Assembly: GCA_012514505.1 (NCBI GenBank)
Contig: JAAZAD010000185.1
Coordinates: 1,367 to 65,366, forward strand
Reading direction: 5' to 3'
Length of the DNA stretch: 64,000 bases
From: Rhodococcus sp. (in: high G+C Gram-positive bacteria)
GTDB taxonomy: Bacteria; Actinomycetota; Actinomycetes; Mycobacteriales; Mycobacteriaceae
In this document: piece by piece, positions 52,749-61,361 of the stretch
Numbering within the stretch: the stretch's first letter is position 1
Layout of the letters: each line of letters begins with the position of its first letter
The notes under the pieces: generated by a model
What the model was told of the DNA's origin: nothing
The model's input: only the letters and a program-made list of their open reading frames with translations
Databases searched by the model: none
Made by a program: the position numbers and the translations under genes

Positions 52749-53597
52749 TCAGGATTCGGACGATGCCAAGGCACGCTTGACGTCTCGCACCGCCGCAATG
52801 ATCGTCTCCGGCTCGTCCACGTAAACGTTGATCACATCGACGTCGCCCGCGTGACGCCAGGCAGGAACCATAGACGCAATCTCTGCGGCGACCGTGTCCG
52901 CGAGCACGAGTTCGATGTTCGTTCCGTCCTGGTTGGGCAAGTGGAGGCGGGAGCCGTCGACGTCGGGGGCAGTTGGGCTGGAGCGACGTCGTGCGGTCAC
53001 CGCCAGATGCTCGTCGATGGGCACCTCGGCGACGATTCGCCCGGACTGTCGGAGAACGAGGGTGGTCCCCTTCAGATAGTGCGGGTGGACGAGATCCGTT
53101 GCAACGAAGCCGAACACGAACGCAAGGCCCCAGATGGACAAGATGGCGAGGGTCACGCTCAGCCAGGGCCACGGAATGAGCAGATGTAGCACCGCTATCT
53201 CGATCACGGTTGCGGCAGCGAATGCGACCGGCATCGTCAGCGCTCCGGACGACGAGGTGAACGCGATATCGCCAGGGCTGTTCTTCTTGCCGCGGACCAG
53301 CATCCAGAGCGATCGGTAGGCGCGAAATTCCGTCTCCGCGAACCGGTACAGCGGCGACTCCGACAACGCGGCAACAAGTGCGGACCGAGGTGCCAGGTCG
53401 TGGTTTCGCGCCAGCATGCGCACTCGAAACACGAAGAGCGCCACCGTGACCAACAGTAGGGGCATCTCGATCGCGAGCCACAACATCACCGCTGCCCGGA
53501 CCGTGATCGCGTCGGTCGCAACGAGAACGATGTCGACGACGATCACGATCACGGTGAGTACCTGGGTTACCCCGGCGAACAGGCGAGTGTTCATCAC
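52749..53597 (-). CDS. Hypothetical membrane protein
   Basis: About 4 hydrophobic helices; translationally coupled to the merR-family gene. Confidence 0.75.
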   Translation of the reverse strand: MMNTRLFAGVTQVLTVIVIVVDIVLVATDAITVRAAVMLWLAIEMPLLLVTVALFVFRVRMLARNHDLAPRSALVAALSESPLYRFAETEFRAYRSLWMLVRGKKNSPGDIAFTSSSGALTMPVAFAAATVIEIAVLHLLIPWPWLSVTLAILSIWGLAFVFGFVATDLVHPHYLKGTTLVLRQSGRIVAEVPIDEHLAVTARRRSSPTAPDVDGSRLHLPNQDGTNIELVLADTVAAEIASMVPAWRHAGDVDVINVYVDEPETIIAAVRDVKRALASSES

Positions 53598-54403
53598 AGT
53601 TCCTTTCCGCGCTCGGCCAGAAGCTCTACAGCTCGGAATACGGCCGCGCGTTGTGCCGCATCAGGAATCACGTCTTCGAGTGCGAGGTCCGTCGCTCCGG
53701 TATCGAAAGTGCCCGTGAATCCGCCGAAAGGTGGCAGTTCATTACCGAGGCGAACTGCCAGATCATGTGCAAGAGAGTCGATCTCGGTTGTCGCATCGTC
53801 CACGGAGCGCCCCTTCAATCGACCCCACCTGCGCATGATGAGCCGGTAGTCACGCACCCGGTCCGGGCTGTCCAACATCTGGCCGAACCACTCGAACAGC
53901 TCGTCCGGAGCATTGCCCGAAATAGCGAGCACCTCGAGGAAATCGCGTTCCCGTTCCAGCGTGGCCAACTCCACTTCGTCGGTTGTCTCCGCACGAAGCC
54001 GATCGAAGGCCGCCGACAACTCGTCCGGGAGCGCCGTCAAGGCACTGTCCTGTTCGGCGGCACCAAGCATCCGGGTCAACCTGTCATGCTTGCGCGTCAA
54101 CTGCTCGAGGTCGTGCTCACAGGCCGAGACGAGAGCCCGCAGATCCTCCCGCACGTCAGTGGAGTCGGTGCCGCGCTGCTCGGCGTTCCGGCTTTCGGTC
54201 GAGAGAATGGCTGCAACCGATCCCAGCGGGATTCCGTTGTCGGCGAGCCAGCGGATGCGCATCAACCTCGCGAGGTCTGCCAGCGCGTAATCGCGGTATC
54301 CGTTGCTGCGCCGCGCCGGCTCGGCCAGCAGCCCGAGCCGGTGGTAGTGCCGCACTGCTCGCGGGGTGGTTCCCGCTGCCCGAGCAACCTCGCCTATTCG
54401 CAT
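53594..54403 (-). CDS. MerR family transcriptional regulator
   Basis: MRIGEVA..AGTT.RAVRHYH..GLL..P.R..NGYRDY. Confidence 0.95.
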   Translation of the reverse strand: MRIGEVARAAGTTPRAVRHYHRLGLLAEPARRSNGYRDYALADLARLMRIRWLADNGIPLGSVAAILSTESRNAEQRGTDSTDVREDLRALVSACEHDLEQLTRKHDRLTRMLGAAEQDSALTALPDELSAAFDRLRAETTDEVELATLERERDFLEVLAISGNAPDELFEWFGQMLDSPDRVRDYRLIMRRWGRLKGRSVDDATTEIDSLAHDLAVRLGNELPPFGGFTGTFDTGATDLALEDVIPDAAQRAAVFRAVELLAERGKEL

Positions 54404-54409
54404 GCGTCA

Positions 54410-54440
54410 AGTGTCAACTATGACGCTGCGTCAAGGTCAA
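54410..54440 (-). promoter_or_regulatory. MerR-type promoter with 19-bp spacer and dyad operator
   Basis: -35 TTGACC, 19-bp spacer containing TGACGC-a-GCGTCA, -10 GACACT, ATG 6 nt downstream. Confidence 0.8.
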
Positions 54441-54442
54441 GT

Positions 54443-55474
54443 TCAGGCGACTCGGATCACGAGTTTGCCGAAGTTACGCCCCGCAAGCAGACCCATGAAT
54501 GCCTCGGGTGCGCTTTCGAGCCCGTCGACGATGTCCTCCTTGTAGGCGATCTTTCCCTCGCCGATCCACTGCGTGACGTCTCGGTGGAAGTCGTCCTGCA
54601 TGGTCGGAACGAATTCCTGCTGAATGAAACCGCGGATGGTCAGACTCTTGACCAGCACCGATCCGAAGAATCCGGGTAGGCGGTCCGGCCCGTCGGGTGC
54701 TTCCGTGGTGTTGTACTGGGCAACCAAGCCACACACCGGGACTCGGGCGAAGGTGTTGAGCAGTGGAAGCACGGCCGATGCCACAGCTCCTCCGACGTTC
54801 TCGAAGTAGACGTCGATTCCGTCCGGCACAGCCGCTTTCAGATCTTCGACGAAGGTGGGCGAGCGGTGATCGACGACGGCGTCGAATCCGAGTTCGTCGC
54901 GGACGTGGGCGCACTTCTCGGGGCCACCCGCAATACCCACGGCTCGGGCACCCTTGATCTTCGCGATCTGACCGACAGCGGAACCGACCGGGCCACTGGC
55001 AGCCGCGACGACGACGGTTTCACCGGGCTGGGGCTGCCCGATGCGAAGCAAACCCGAGTAGGCGGTGAACCCCGGCATCCCGAGCACACCCAGCGCAGTG
55101 GACAGCGGGGCCGACGAGGCATCGAGTTTGCGCACGTGATTGCCGTTCTCGACGGCGTGCGAACGCCATCCGGAGTACGACAGCACGTGGTCGCCGGCCG
55201 ACAGATTCGGATGCCGCGACTCGATCACCTCGGCAACCGTGCCACCGACCATGACGTCGCCGATCTCCACCGGGTCGGCGTACGACTTGGCGGTGCTCAT
55301 CCGTCCGCGCATGTACGGGTCGAGAGACAGGTACAGCACGCGGAGCAGCACCTGGCCGTCGCCTGGCTGCGGCAGATCCACGGTCTCGACACGGAAATTG
55401 TCGACGGTCGGTTCGCCGTCCGGCCTCGAGGCGAGAACGATCTGTGTGCTCTGCACTGTGCCGTTTGTGCTCAT
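54443..55474 (-). CDS. NADP-dependent oxidoreductase (CurA/prostaglandin reductase-like)
   Basis: LSLDPYMRGRM, LGMPGFTAY, AASGPVG, GIDVYFENVGG, G.NFGK. Confidence 0.93.
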   Translation of the reverse strand: MSTNGTVQSTQIVLASRPDGEPTVDNFRVETVDLPQPGDGQVLLRVLYLSLDPYMRGRMSTAKSYADPVEIGDVMVGGTVAEVIESRHPNLSAGDHVLSYSGWRSHAVENGNHVRKLDASSAPLSTALGVLGMPGFTAYSGLLRIGQPQPGETVVVAAASGPVGSAVGQIAKIKGARAVGIAGGPEKCAHVRDELGFDAVVDHRSPTFVEDLKAAVPDGIDVYFENVGGAVASAVLPLLNTFARVPVCGLVAQYNTTEAPDGPDRLPGFFGSVLVKSLTIRGFIQQEFVPTMQDDFHRDVTQWIGEGKIAYKEDIVDGLESAPEAFMGLLAGRNFGKLVIRVA

Positions 55475-55579
55475 ACTCCACCTGCCATCCACTCGATTTC
55501 GTCCCCTGCGAAATCCTACGCAGCATCATCGAAGCGATACGGGTGCATCGACCGGGTTGCACCCCTACGCTGGTATTTC

Positions 55580-55915
55580 GTGGCCTACGACGAGGATCTG
55601 GCGAATCGCATCCGCCAACTGCTGAGCGACGAAAAGCGTGTCACCGAGAAGGCGATGTTCGGGGGACTGGCGTTCATGGTCGACGGGAAGATGGCGGTGG
55701 CCGCCGGGAGCAAGGGTGACATCCTGGCCCGGGTGGATCCCGCCGAAATGGACGAACTCATGGCGACGACAGCAGCCGAGGTGGCGACCATGGGCCAACG
55801 CGAAATGCACGGCTGGGTAACCGTCGAGCCTGAACATCTGGCCACCGAGGAGCAACTGTCCGCCTGGGTTCGGCGCGGCGTCGCCTACGCGCGAAGTCTG
55901 CCCGCCAAACGGTGA
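55580..55915 (+). CDS. TfoX/Sxy N-terminal family protein
   Basis: AYDEDLA.RIR, EK.MFGGLAFMV.GKM, M.GWV. Confidence 0.85.
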   Translation: MAYDEDLANRIRQLLSDEKRVTEKAMFGGLAFMVDGKMAVAAGSKGDILARVDPAEMDELMATTAAEVATMGQREMHGWVTVEPEHLATEEQLSAWVRRGVAYARSLPAKR

Positions 55916-55931
55916 CAAGCACCGTGCGAAT

Positions 55932-56660
55932 TCAGTCGTTCCAGGTCACGACCTCGGTGATGTCGGCGCGCGAGGTGCGGAACGAGTTGACGGGATGTTC
56001 GTCGTCCTCGTAGCCGAAGGACACGGCGCAGACGATCATGCGGTCCTCCGGGATGCCCAGATGCGCGCGAACGAAGTCCGAGTACATGGCAATCGATGCT
56101 TGCGGAACGGTCGCAACGCCATATTCCTGCGCCGCAAGCAGCAGCGTCGAGACGTAGCCGCCGCAGTCGATCGCTCCGTACACACCGAGATTGCGATCAG
56201 TCGTGATCACAGCGACGTGCGGTGCCCCGAAGAAGCTGAAGTTCTCAGCCGCCTGCCGTGCCCGACCTGCACGATCCGAACGCTCGATACCGACCGCGCG
56301 ATACAGCGCATACCCGGCTTCTCGGCGACGTTCGCCGTACACACCGACGTAGTCTGTCGGCGCAGGTAGATCGAGTGTCATCTCGTGGGTCTCCACATAC
56401 GAGGCGAGCGCCTGCCGGAACGTCTCGATCGCGCTCCCGCTCGTGACGATGACCTGCCACGGCTGGGAATTGCACCAGGACGGCGCCCGCTGCGCGGTGG
56501 TGAGAATGGATTCGATGACGTCCCGCGGGACGGGAGTCGATGCGAAGGCTCTGGCACTGTGCCGTGCATCCAGTGCCTGCCGCAGCGTGAGATCTGTAGT
56601 GACTGGCAAAGCTGCTCCTGACAGAAGGGGTGCCGGCAATCTATGCGACGTGGGGTTCAC
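55932..56660 (-). CDS. Nitroreductase family protein
   Basis: RHSARAF, APSWCNSQPW, FFGAPH, FGY; GTG start overlaps the ligase stop. Confidence 0.92.
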   Translation of the reverse strand: MNPTSHRLPAPLLSGAALPVTTDLTLRQALDARHSARAFASTPVPRDVIESILTTAQRAPSWCNSQPWQVIVTSGSAIETFRQALASYVETHEMTLDLPAPTDYVGVYGERRREAGYALYRAVGIERSDRAGRARQAAENFSFFGAPHVAVITTDRNLGVYGAIDCGGYVSTLLLAAQEYGVATVPQASIAMYSDFVRAHLGIPEDRMIVCAVSFGYEDDEHPVNSFRTSRADITEVVTWND

Positions 56661-58225
56661 GCGTCGACTCTGGCGAACTGTTCCCGCAGGTTGCGTTTGA
56701 GAATCTTCCCGGCTCCCGATTTCGGCAGTGCGTCGTCGAGGATGTGGACCGCTCTCGGAACCTTGTAACCGGCGATGAGTTCTCGCGCGTGCATACGCAA
56801 TTCGTCCGCGCTTGTGCGAGAGGTGGGTCGCAGCCGCACCGCGGCATGCACCGCCTCACCCCACTGCGGGTCCGGCAGTCCGAACACCGCGACCTCGAGT
56901 ACGTCCGAGTGCCGATACAGCGCGTTCTCGACCTCGGTGCAGTACACGTTCTCGCCGCCAGAGATGATCATGTCCTTGAGCCGGTCGACGACGAACAGAT
57001 AGCCACCAGCGTCGAGATAGCCCATGTCACCGGTGCGGTACCAGCCATCCTCGGTGAGTACGGCGCTGGTTTCCTCGGGGCGGTTCAGGTAGCCCTTCAT
57101 GATGTTCGAGCCACGAACGACGATCTCGCCGGCCTCACCCGCGCCCAGGACGGTGTCGTCGGCCCCGCGCACCTCGACCTCCACACCGACGACAGGCCTG
57201 CCCGCCGACCGGAGCCGTGCCGAAGCCTCGGGATCGTCGCCGGATACCCCTCGGCGGTGGTCGTCGTAGGTCATGAAGGAGATGATCGGTGCCCCCTCGG
57301 TCATCCCGTAGACCTGGCACCAATCGCAACCGAGAGTGTCCATCGCGGTTTGCAGAACCGACTGCGGCATGGGCGATGCGCCGTAGAGGATCGACACCAG
57401 TGACGAGGTGTCGGTGCCCGCTGGGAACGGTTTTGCCAGAAGCATGTTGATCATCGTCGGCACCAGCATTGCGCGGGTGACCCGCTCCGCAGAAACTGTG
57501 GCAAGCCACCCCTCCGGGTCGAACCCGGGGACGATGACGTGCTTGCCGCCGACCCACGTCAGCGCCACCGTGGAGGCACCATCCGCAAGGTGGAACATCG
57601 GTCCAGCGTGAAGGTAGGTGTCACGGTCGGTGTAGCCGAGGCAGATGAGGGCGTGCTTCGCGTTGGCCATCAGGTTGTTGTGCGTGAGCATGACACCCTT
57701 CGGTCGGCCGGTCGTGCCACCGGTGTAGAAGATTCCCGCCGTCGCATCACCATCGACGGACACCTGCCGCGGTGATTCTCCCGTCGTGGTCAGCACCTCG
57801 AAAGAAATACAGTCGGAAGGACATTCACCGCTGCCGGCGTAGATCAGCGTGTCCAGATCCGGGCTGGACCGAAGCAGCTCACGGCCCGTGTCGAGGTAGT
57901 TCTCGTCCACGACCAGCACCCGCACCGCCGAATCGTCGAGAATGAACTCGAGTTCCGCGAGCGAGAGCCTGGTGTTGAGCTCGTTGAGAACCCGTCCGCT
58001 GCGCGGCACCGCAAGCCACCCGACCAGGTGGGCCTTGCTGTTGGCAGCCAATACACCGACGACATCACCGGGGGCCAGGCCGAAACCATCGAGCGCCGCG
58101 TCGAACGCTCGCACCCGAGCGTCGAGTTCGCGGTAATCCCATCTGGTTGCCCCGTCGACCATGGCCTCGCGGTCACCGAACAGCGCGACGGCGCGATTCA
58201 ACGCGGCGGAGATGTTCTCGTTCAC
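56657..58225 (-). CDS. Long-chain fatty acid/acyl-CoA ligase
   Basis: YTGGTTGRPKG, YGMTE, TGD, DRLKDMIISGGENVY, PKSGAGK. Confidence 0.93.
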   Translation of the reverse strand: MNENISAALNRAVALFGDREAMVDGATRWDYRELDARVRAFDAALDGFGLAPGDVVGVLAANSKAHLVGWLAVPRSGRVLNELNTRLSLAELEFILDDSAVRVLVVDENYLDTGRELLRSSPDLDTLIYAGSGECPSDCISFEVLTTTGESPRQVSVDGDATAGIFYTGGTTGRPKGVMLTHNNLMANAKHALICLGYTDRDTYLHAGPMFHLADGASTVALTWVGGKHVIVPGFDPEGWLATVSAERVTRAMLVPTMINMLLAKPFPAGTDTSSLVSILYGASPMPQSVLQTAMDTLGCDWCQVYGMTEGAPIISFMTYDDHRRGVSGDDPEASARLRSAGRPVVGVEVEVRGADDTVLGAGEAGEIVVRGSNIMKGYLNRPEETSAVLTEDGWYRTGDMGYLDAGGYLFVVDRLKDMIISGGENVYCTEVENALYRHSDVLEVAVFGLPDPQWGEAVHAAVRLRPTSRTSADELRMHARELIAGYKVPRAVHILDDALPKSGAGKILKRNLREQFARVDA

Positions 58226-58229
58226 GGGA

Positions 58230-58592
58230 TCAGCTGCTGTAGTTGCAGTTGCCGCCGACGATGATCCGCGGACGCGGGTCTCCTTGTGCTTCGAGGAGCC
58301 CGAAGTACAGATCCCGTGCGCCGGTCGCATCGACCGTGCCGATCACATTTCCGTCCTCGTCGAGGTTGACCAGTGCGCCGTGGATGATGAAGATCGCGTC
58401 GGTCACGCCGGTGTGCATGTGGGTCGGGATGACGGTGCCGGGCTGGAAGCGTGTCTTGACGACGAACATTCCGCCCTCGATGTCGGCGATGAAGAGCTGG
58501 ATCGACAGCCCCGGCGCAAGCGCACCATGCGCCCAGGGGAGGTCGTTGGTCTGCATCGTCAGTGCGGCGGGGATTTGGGCGGTGGCAGTCAT
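58230..58592 (-). pseudogene. 2,4'-dihydroxyacetophenone dioxygenase-like cupin, apparently with an in-frame internal deletion
   Basis: DLPW...RFQPG..IPTHMHTG directly followed by TDAIFIIHGA; the usual G.W.Y.E...GSY..EP.GS.HT segment is absent. Confidence 0.6.
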
Positions 58593-58672
58593 GTCGTACT
58601 CCTGGGTTCGGAGGGCCGGTTGCCCTCGATTGCTGATCTGTGTCCAAAATCACAGCAATTCGGAGTTTCTTC

Positions 58673-58708
58673 TTGACATTTGGCGACGCATTTTTGACAC
58701 TTGACGAC
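58673..58708. promoter_or_regulatory. Tandem direct repeat (21-bp period), probable AraC-family binding site
   Basis: ttgacatttggcgac ... ttgacacttgacgac between the divergent cupin and araC-family genes. Confidence 0.55.
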
Positions 58709-59734
58709 ATGGCGGACCTGGTGCGTGCCTCCTCTCTCGTGAATGTGCCCGAACTGATCGCGGCGCACGGCGGCGATCCCGATGCGCTCATTGCCGAGGC
58801 GGGCGTCGACCCGGCCGTCGTCGGCGACTTCAACAGGTTCATCTCCTATACCGCGCTGTGCGCAGTCGTCGGACGGGCCGCGGAGGAATTGGACGTCACC
58901 GATTTCGGCCTGCGCGTGTCGCGTGTGCAGAGCCTGGAGATGTTGGGGCCGATCGCGGTGCTGGCGCGCAACGCCGACACCGTCGAAGCCGCTCTGCTCG
59001 GGGTGATCAAGTATCTGCACACCTACAGTCCCGCCATCAAGGCCGAACTGCACACCAGACCTCGGGAATCGCAATTCACGTTCACGATCACGGTGCGTCA
59101 GCTGCCATACCGGTCACAGATGGTCGAGCTGGCGCTCGGCGTGATCCTCGACATGTTCGAGTTGCTGACCGATCCGAACTTCCGGCCGAACCGAATCACG
59201 TTCCGCCACAGCCGGATATCGCCTCTGGACGTATACATCGACCGCTTCCGCTGCGCAGTCCACTTCGATGCCGACGAGAACTCCGTCATCTTCCCGACCG
59301 GTCTGCTGAGCCGCGGCATCGAAGGCGTAGACGACCAAGCGCATGCGCTCGCCAGCCGCTACCTAGGTGAGCAGCATCGTCACCTCGACATCGACGAACA
59401 CGTGTACGAGCTGCTCGACAAGCTCATTCCGCTCGGGCAGGGCAATCTCGTCGACGTCGCACACGCCCTGACCGTTCACCCCCGTGTACTGCAGCGGCGG
59501 CTCGCCGAGGCCGGATCCTCCTTCGAGGGGCTCCTCGACGAATGGCGCCAGAATCTGGTGACCGGGTTGCTCGCGTCGTCGGATCTCTCACTCGGGGAGG
59601 TGGCACGGCAAGTGGGCTACTCCGATCAGAGCACCCTCACCCGAAGCTGTCGCCGATGGTTCGGGCAGCCGCCGTTGGCGGTTCGTCGCCGGCTTCGCGC
59701 GGGTGGTGATTCCGCGATGCCCACGCCGCTGTAG
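58709..59734 (+). CDS. AraC family transcriptional regulator (VirS/OruR-like)
   Basis: N-terminal DFGLR...GPIA..AR.A.T; C-terminal HPR.LQRRL and VA..VGYSDQS..TR..RRWFG. Confidence 0.92.
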   Translation: MADLVRASSLVNVPELIAAHGGDPDALIAEAGVDPAVVGDFNRFISYTALCAVVGRAAEELDVTDFGLRVSRVQSLEMLGPIAVLARNADTVEAALLGVIKYLHTYSPAIKAELHTRPRESQFTFTITVRQLPYRSQMVELALGVILDMFELLTDPNFRPNRITFRHSRISPLDVYIDRFRCAVHFDADENSVIFPTGLLSRGIEGVDDQAHALASRYLGEQHRHLDIDEHVYELLDKLIPLGQGNLVDVAHALTVHPRVLQRRLAEAGSSFEGLLDEWRQNLVTGLLASSDLSLGEVARQVGYSDQSTLTRSCRRWFGQPPLAVRRRLRAGGDSAMPTPL

Positions 59735-59777
59735 CGAGCAGGTCGACAGACAACCCGGTTTCGTGTGTCCTGGTGCC

Positions 59778-60005
59778 ATGACATTCAGTAGCGGATTCGG
59801 GGCGATCGACCGGACTCAGATCTTGCAGCAGGCCGGTGAGCTGAACGCCCTCGCGGAGCCGAAGGGCCTCGTCGTGAACACCAAAAACATCGCAGATTTC
59901 GTGCTGTTCAACGTTCGGTCCAAGACCGACCCCAACGACAACGGTCGTGCGTTCTCCTACGAAGAGGCCAAGGCGTACATCGTGGATGCGTCCGACGGCG
60001 ACTGA
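59778..60005 (+). CDS. Small hypothetical protein (75 aa)
   Basis: Fills the intergenic gap, GC-rich third positions, non-shadow composition; no recognised motif. Confidence 0.55.
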   Translation: MTFSSGFGAIDRTQILQQAGELNALAEPKGLVVNTKNIADFVLFNVRSKTDPNDNGRAFSYEEAKAYIVDASDGD

Positions 60006-60025
60006 TCGGGCGTACGGTCGAAGGC

Positions 60026-60700
60026 ATGGCCGACGAAGAGGTTGCTCCCTGGGACGACATCTACCGCGGCGATGCCGCCGAGTTCGAGGGCCCTGTCCCG
60101 TGGAACATCGGCGAACCACAACCGGAGATTGCCGAGCTGATCGCGCAAGGCAAGTTCCGTAGCGATGTCCTGGACGCCGGTTGTGGGCATGCCGAAACGT
60201 CGCTGTATCTCGCTGCGCAGGGGTACACCGTCGTCGGGCTGGACATGTCACCGACTGCAATCGCCGCAGCACAAAAGGCTGCACAGGATCGCGGTCTCAC
60301 CGGCACAACGTTCGAGGTCGCCGACATCAGCGCGTTCACCGGTTTCGACGGCCGCTTCGCCACGATCGTGGACAGCACCCTGTTCCATTCGCTTCCCGTC
60401 GATCGACGACGCGATTACCTGCAGTCCGTGGCTCGTGCGGCGGCGCCCGGCGCGTCGTACTACGTCCTGGTGTTCGCAGTGGGCGCGTTTCCCGAAGGTG
60501 AGGGCCCGAACGCGGTGACCGAGGACGAGCTGCGCGAGACGGTCTCCGAGTTCTGGACCGTCGACAGCATTCGACCCGCCTTCATCCACGCCCTGCAAGC
60601 TCCACCGGAGGGGTCGAACCTGCAGATCGACGACGCCGGCAGGACCATGCTTCCGGCGTTCCTGTTGTCCGCTCATCAGGCGAAGCCTGTGAGCGGTTGA
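60026..60700 (+). CDS. Class I SAM-dependent methyltransferase
   Basis: PWNIGEPQP, VLDAGCG, GLD.S..AI, DSTLFH. Confidence 0.92.
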   Translation: MADEEVAPWDDIYRGDAAEFEGPVPWNIGEPQPEIAELIAQGKFRSDVLDAGCGHAETSLYLAAQGYTVVGLDMSPTAIAAAQKAAQDRGLTGTTFEVADISAFTGFDGRFATIVDSTLFHSLPVDRRRDYLQSVARAAAPGASYYVLVFAVGAFPEGEGPNAVTEDELRETVSEFWTVDSIRPAFIHALQAPPEGSNLQIDDAGRTMLPAFLLSAHQAKPVSG

Positions 60701-60732
60701 CGAGTCTCTGGACTCCTTAACCGCTCACGGGC
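60685..60732. repeat. REP-like palindromic element, copy 3 (possible bidirectional terminator)
   Basis: gcctgtgagcggttgacgagtc-tctg-gactccttaaccgctcacgggc between convergent genes. Confidence 0.85.
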
Positions 60733-61361
60733 GGCGGAGCCGCCTGTACCGCCGACTCGGCGAGCGCGATCAGCGTCTCGACGAGTGCGAACCGAACCTG
60801 GTCCTGGGTGAGGGTGCCGCGGTCTACCCATTCGCGGACCGCGGCCTTGACCATCCCGCCATACGCCCGCACGGTCGCGAGGGCGGTGGCGTGCCGCTCG
60901 CCGGTACCGATGAAGCCGATCGCGTCCAGCACACGCTGCGCGGCCTGATCGTCGGCCTCCTCCAGGATCTCGCGCAGCTCCGGGTCGCTACCGGTACCGG
61001 CGACACCGACCGCGACCCACGTGCGACTGTGCTCGGCGATCGCCGACATCAACCAGTCCACGCAGCCCTCGATCCGCTGCCGTAGCGACCCGGTCGGCAG
61101 ATGAACCTCGTCGAGGGCGGGCACGAACATCATCGCCCGCACCACCTCGAGATACAGGTCCCGCTTGGTGCCGAAGTAGTGGTTGAGCAGACCACGAGTG
61201 ACTCCGGCGTCGCGGGCAACCGCCGCCATCTGGACCGACGCGTACGGTTGCTCGCCGAAGGACCGGATGGCGGCGGCCAGAATTTCCGACCGCCGCTCGT
61301 CCGGGCCGAGCCGACGCCATCTCGGCTCGTCAGTAGTGGTCACGGACGTCGATGTTCTCAC
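60717..61361 (-). CDS. TetR/AcrR family transcriptional regulator
   Basis: RRL.PDERR..IL, VARDAGVTRGLLNHYFGTKRDLY. Confidence 0.93.
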   Translation of the reverse strand: MRTSTSVTTTDEPRWRRLGPDERRSEILAAAIRSFGEQPYASVQMAAVARDAGVTRGLLNHYFGTKRDLYLEVVRAMMFVPALDEVHLPTGSLRQRIEGCVDWLMSAIAEHSRTWVAVGVAGTGSDPELREILEEADDQAAQRVLDAIGFIGTGERHATALATVRAYGGMVKAAVREWVDRGTLTQDQVRFALVETLIALAESAVQAAPPPVSG

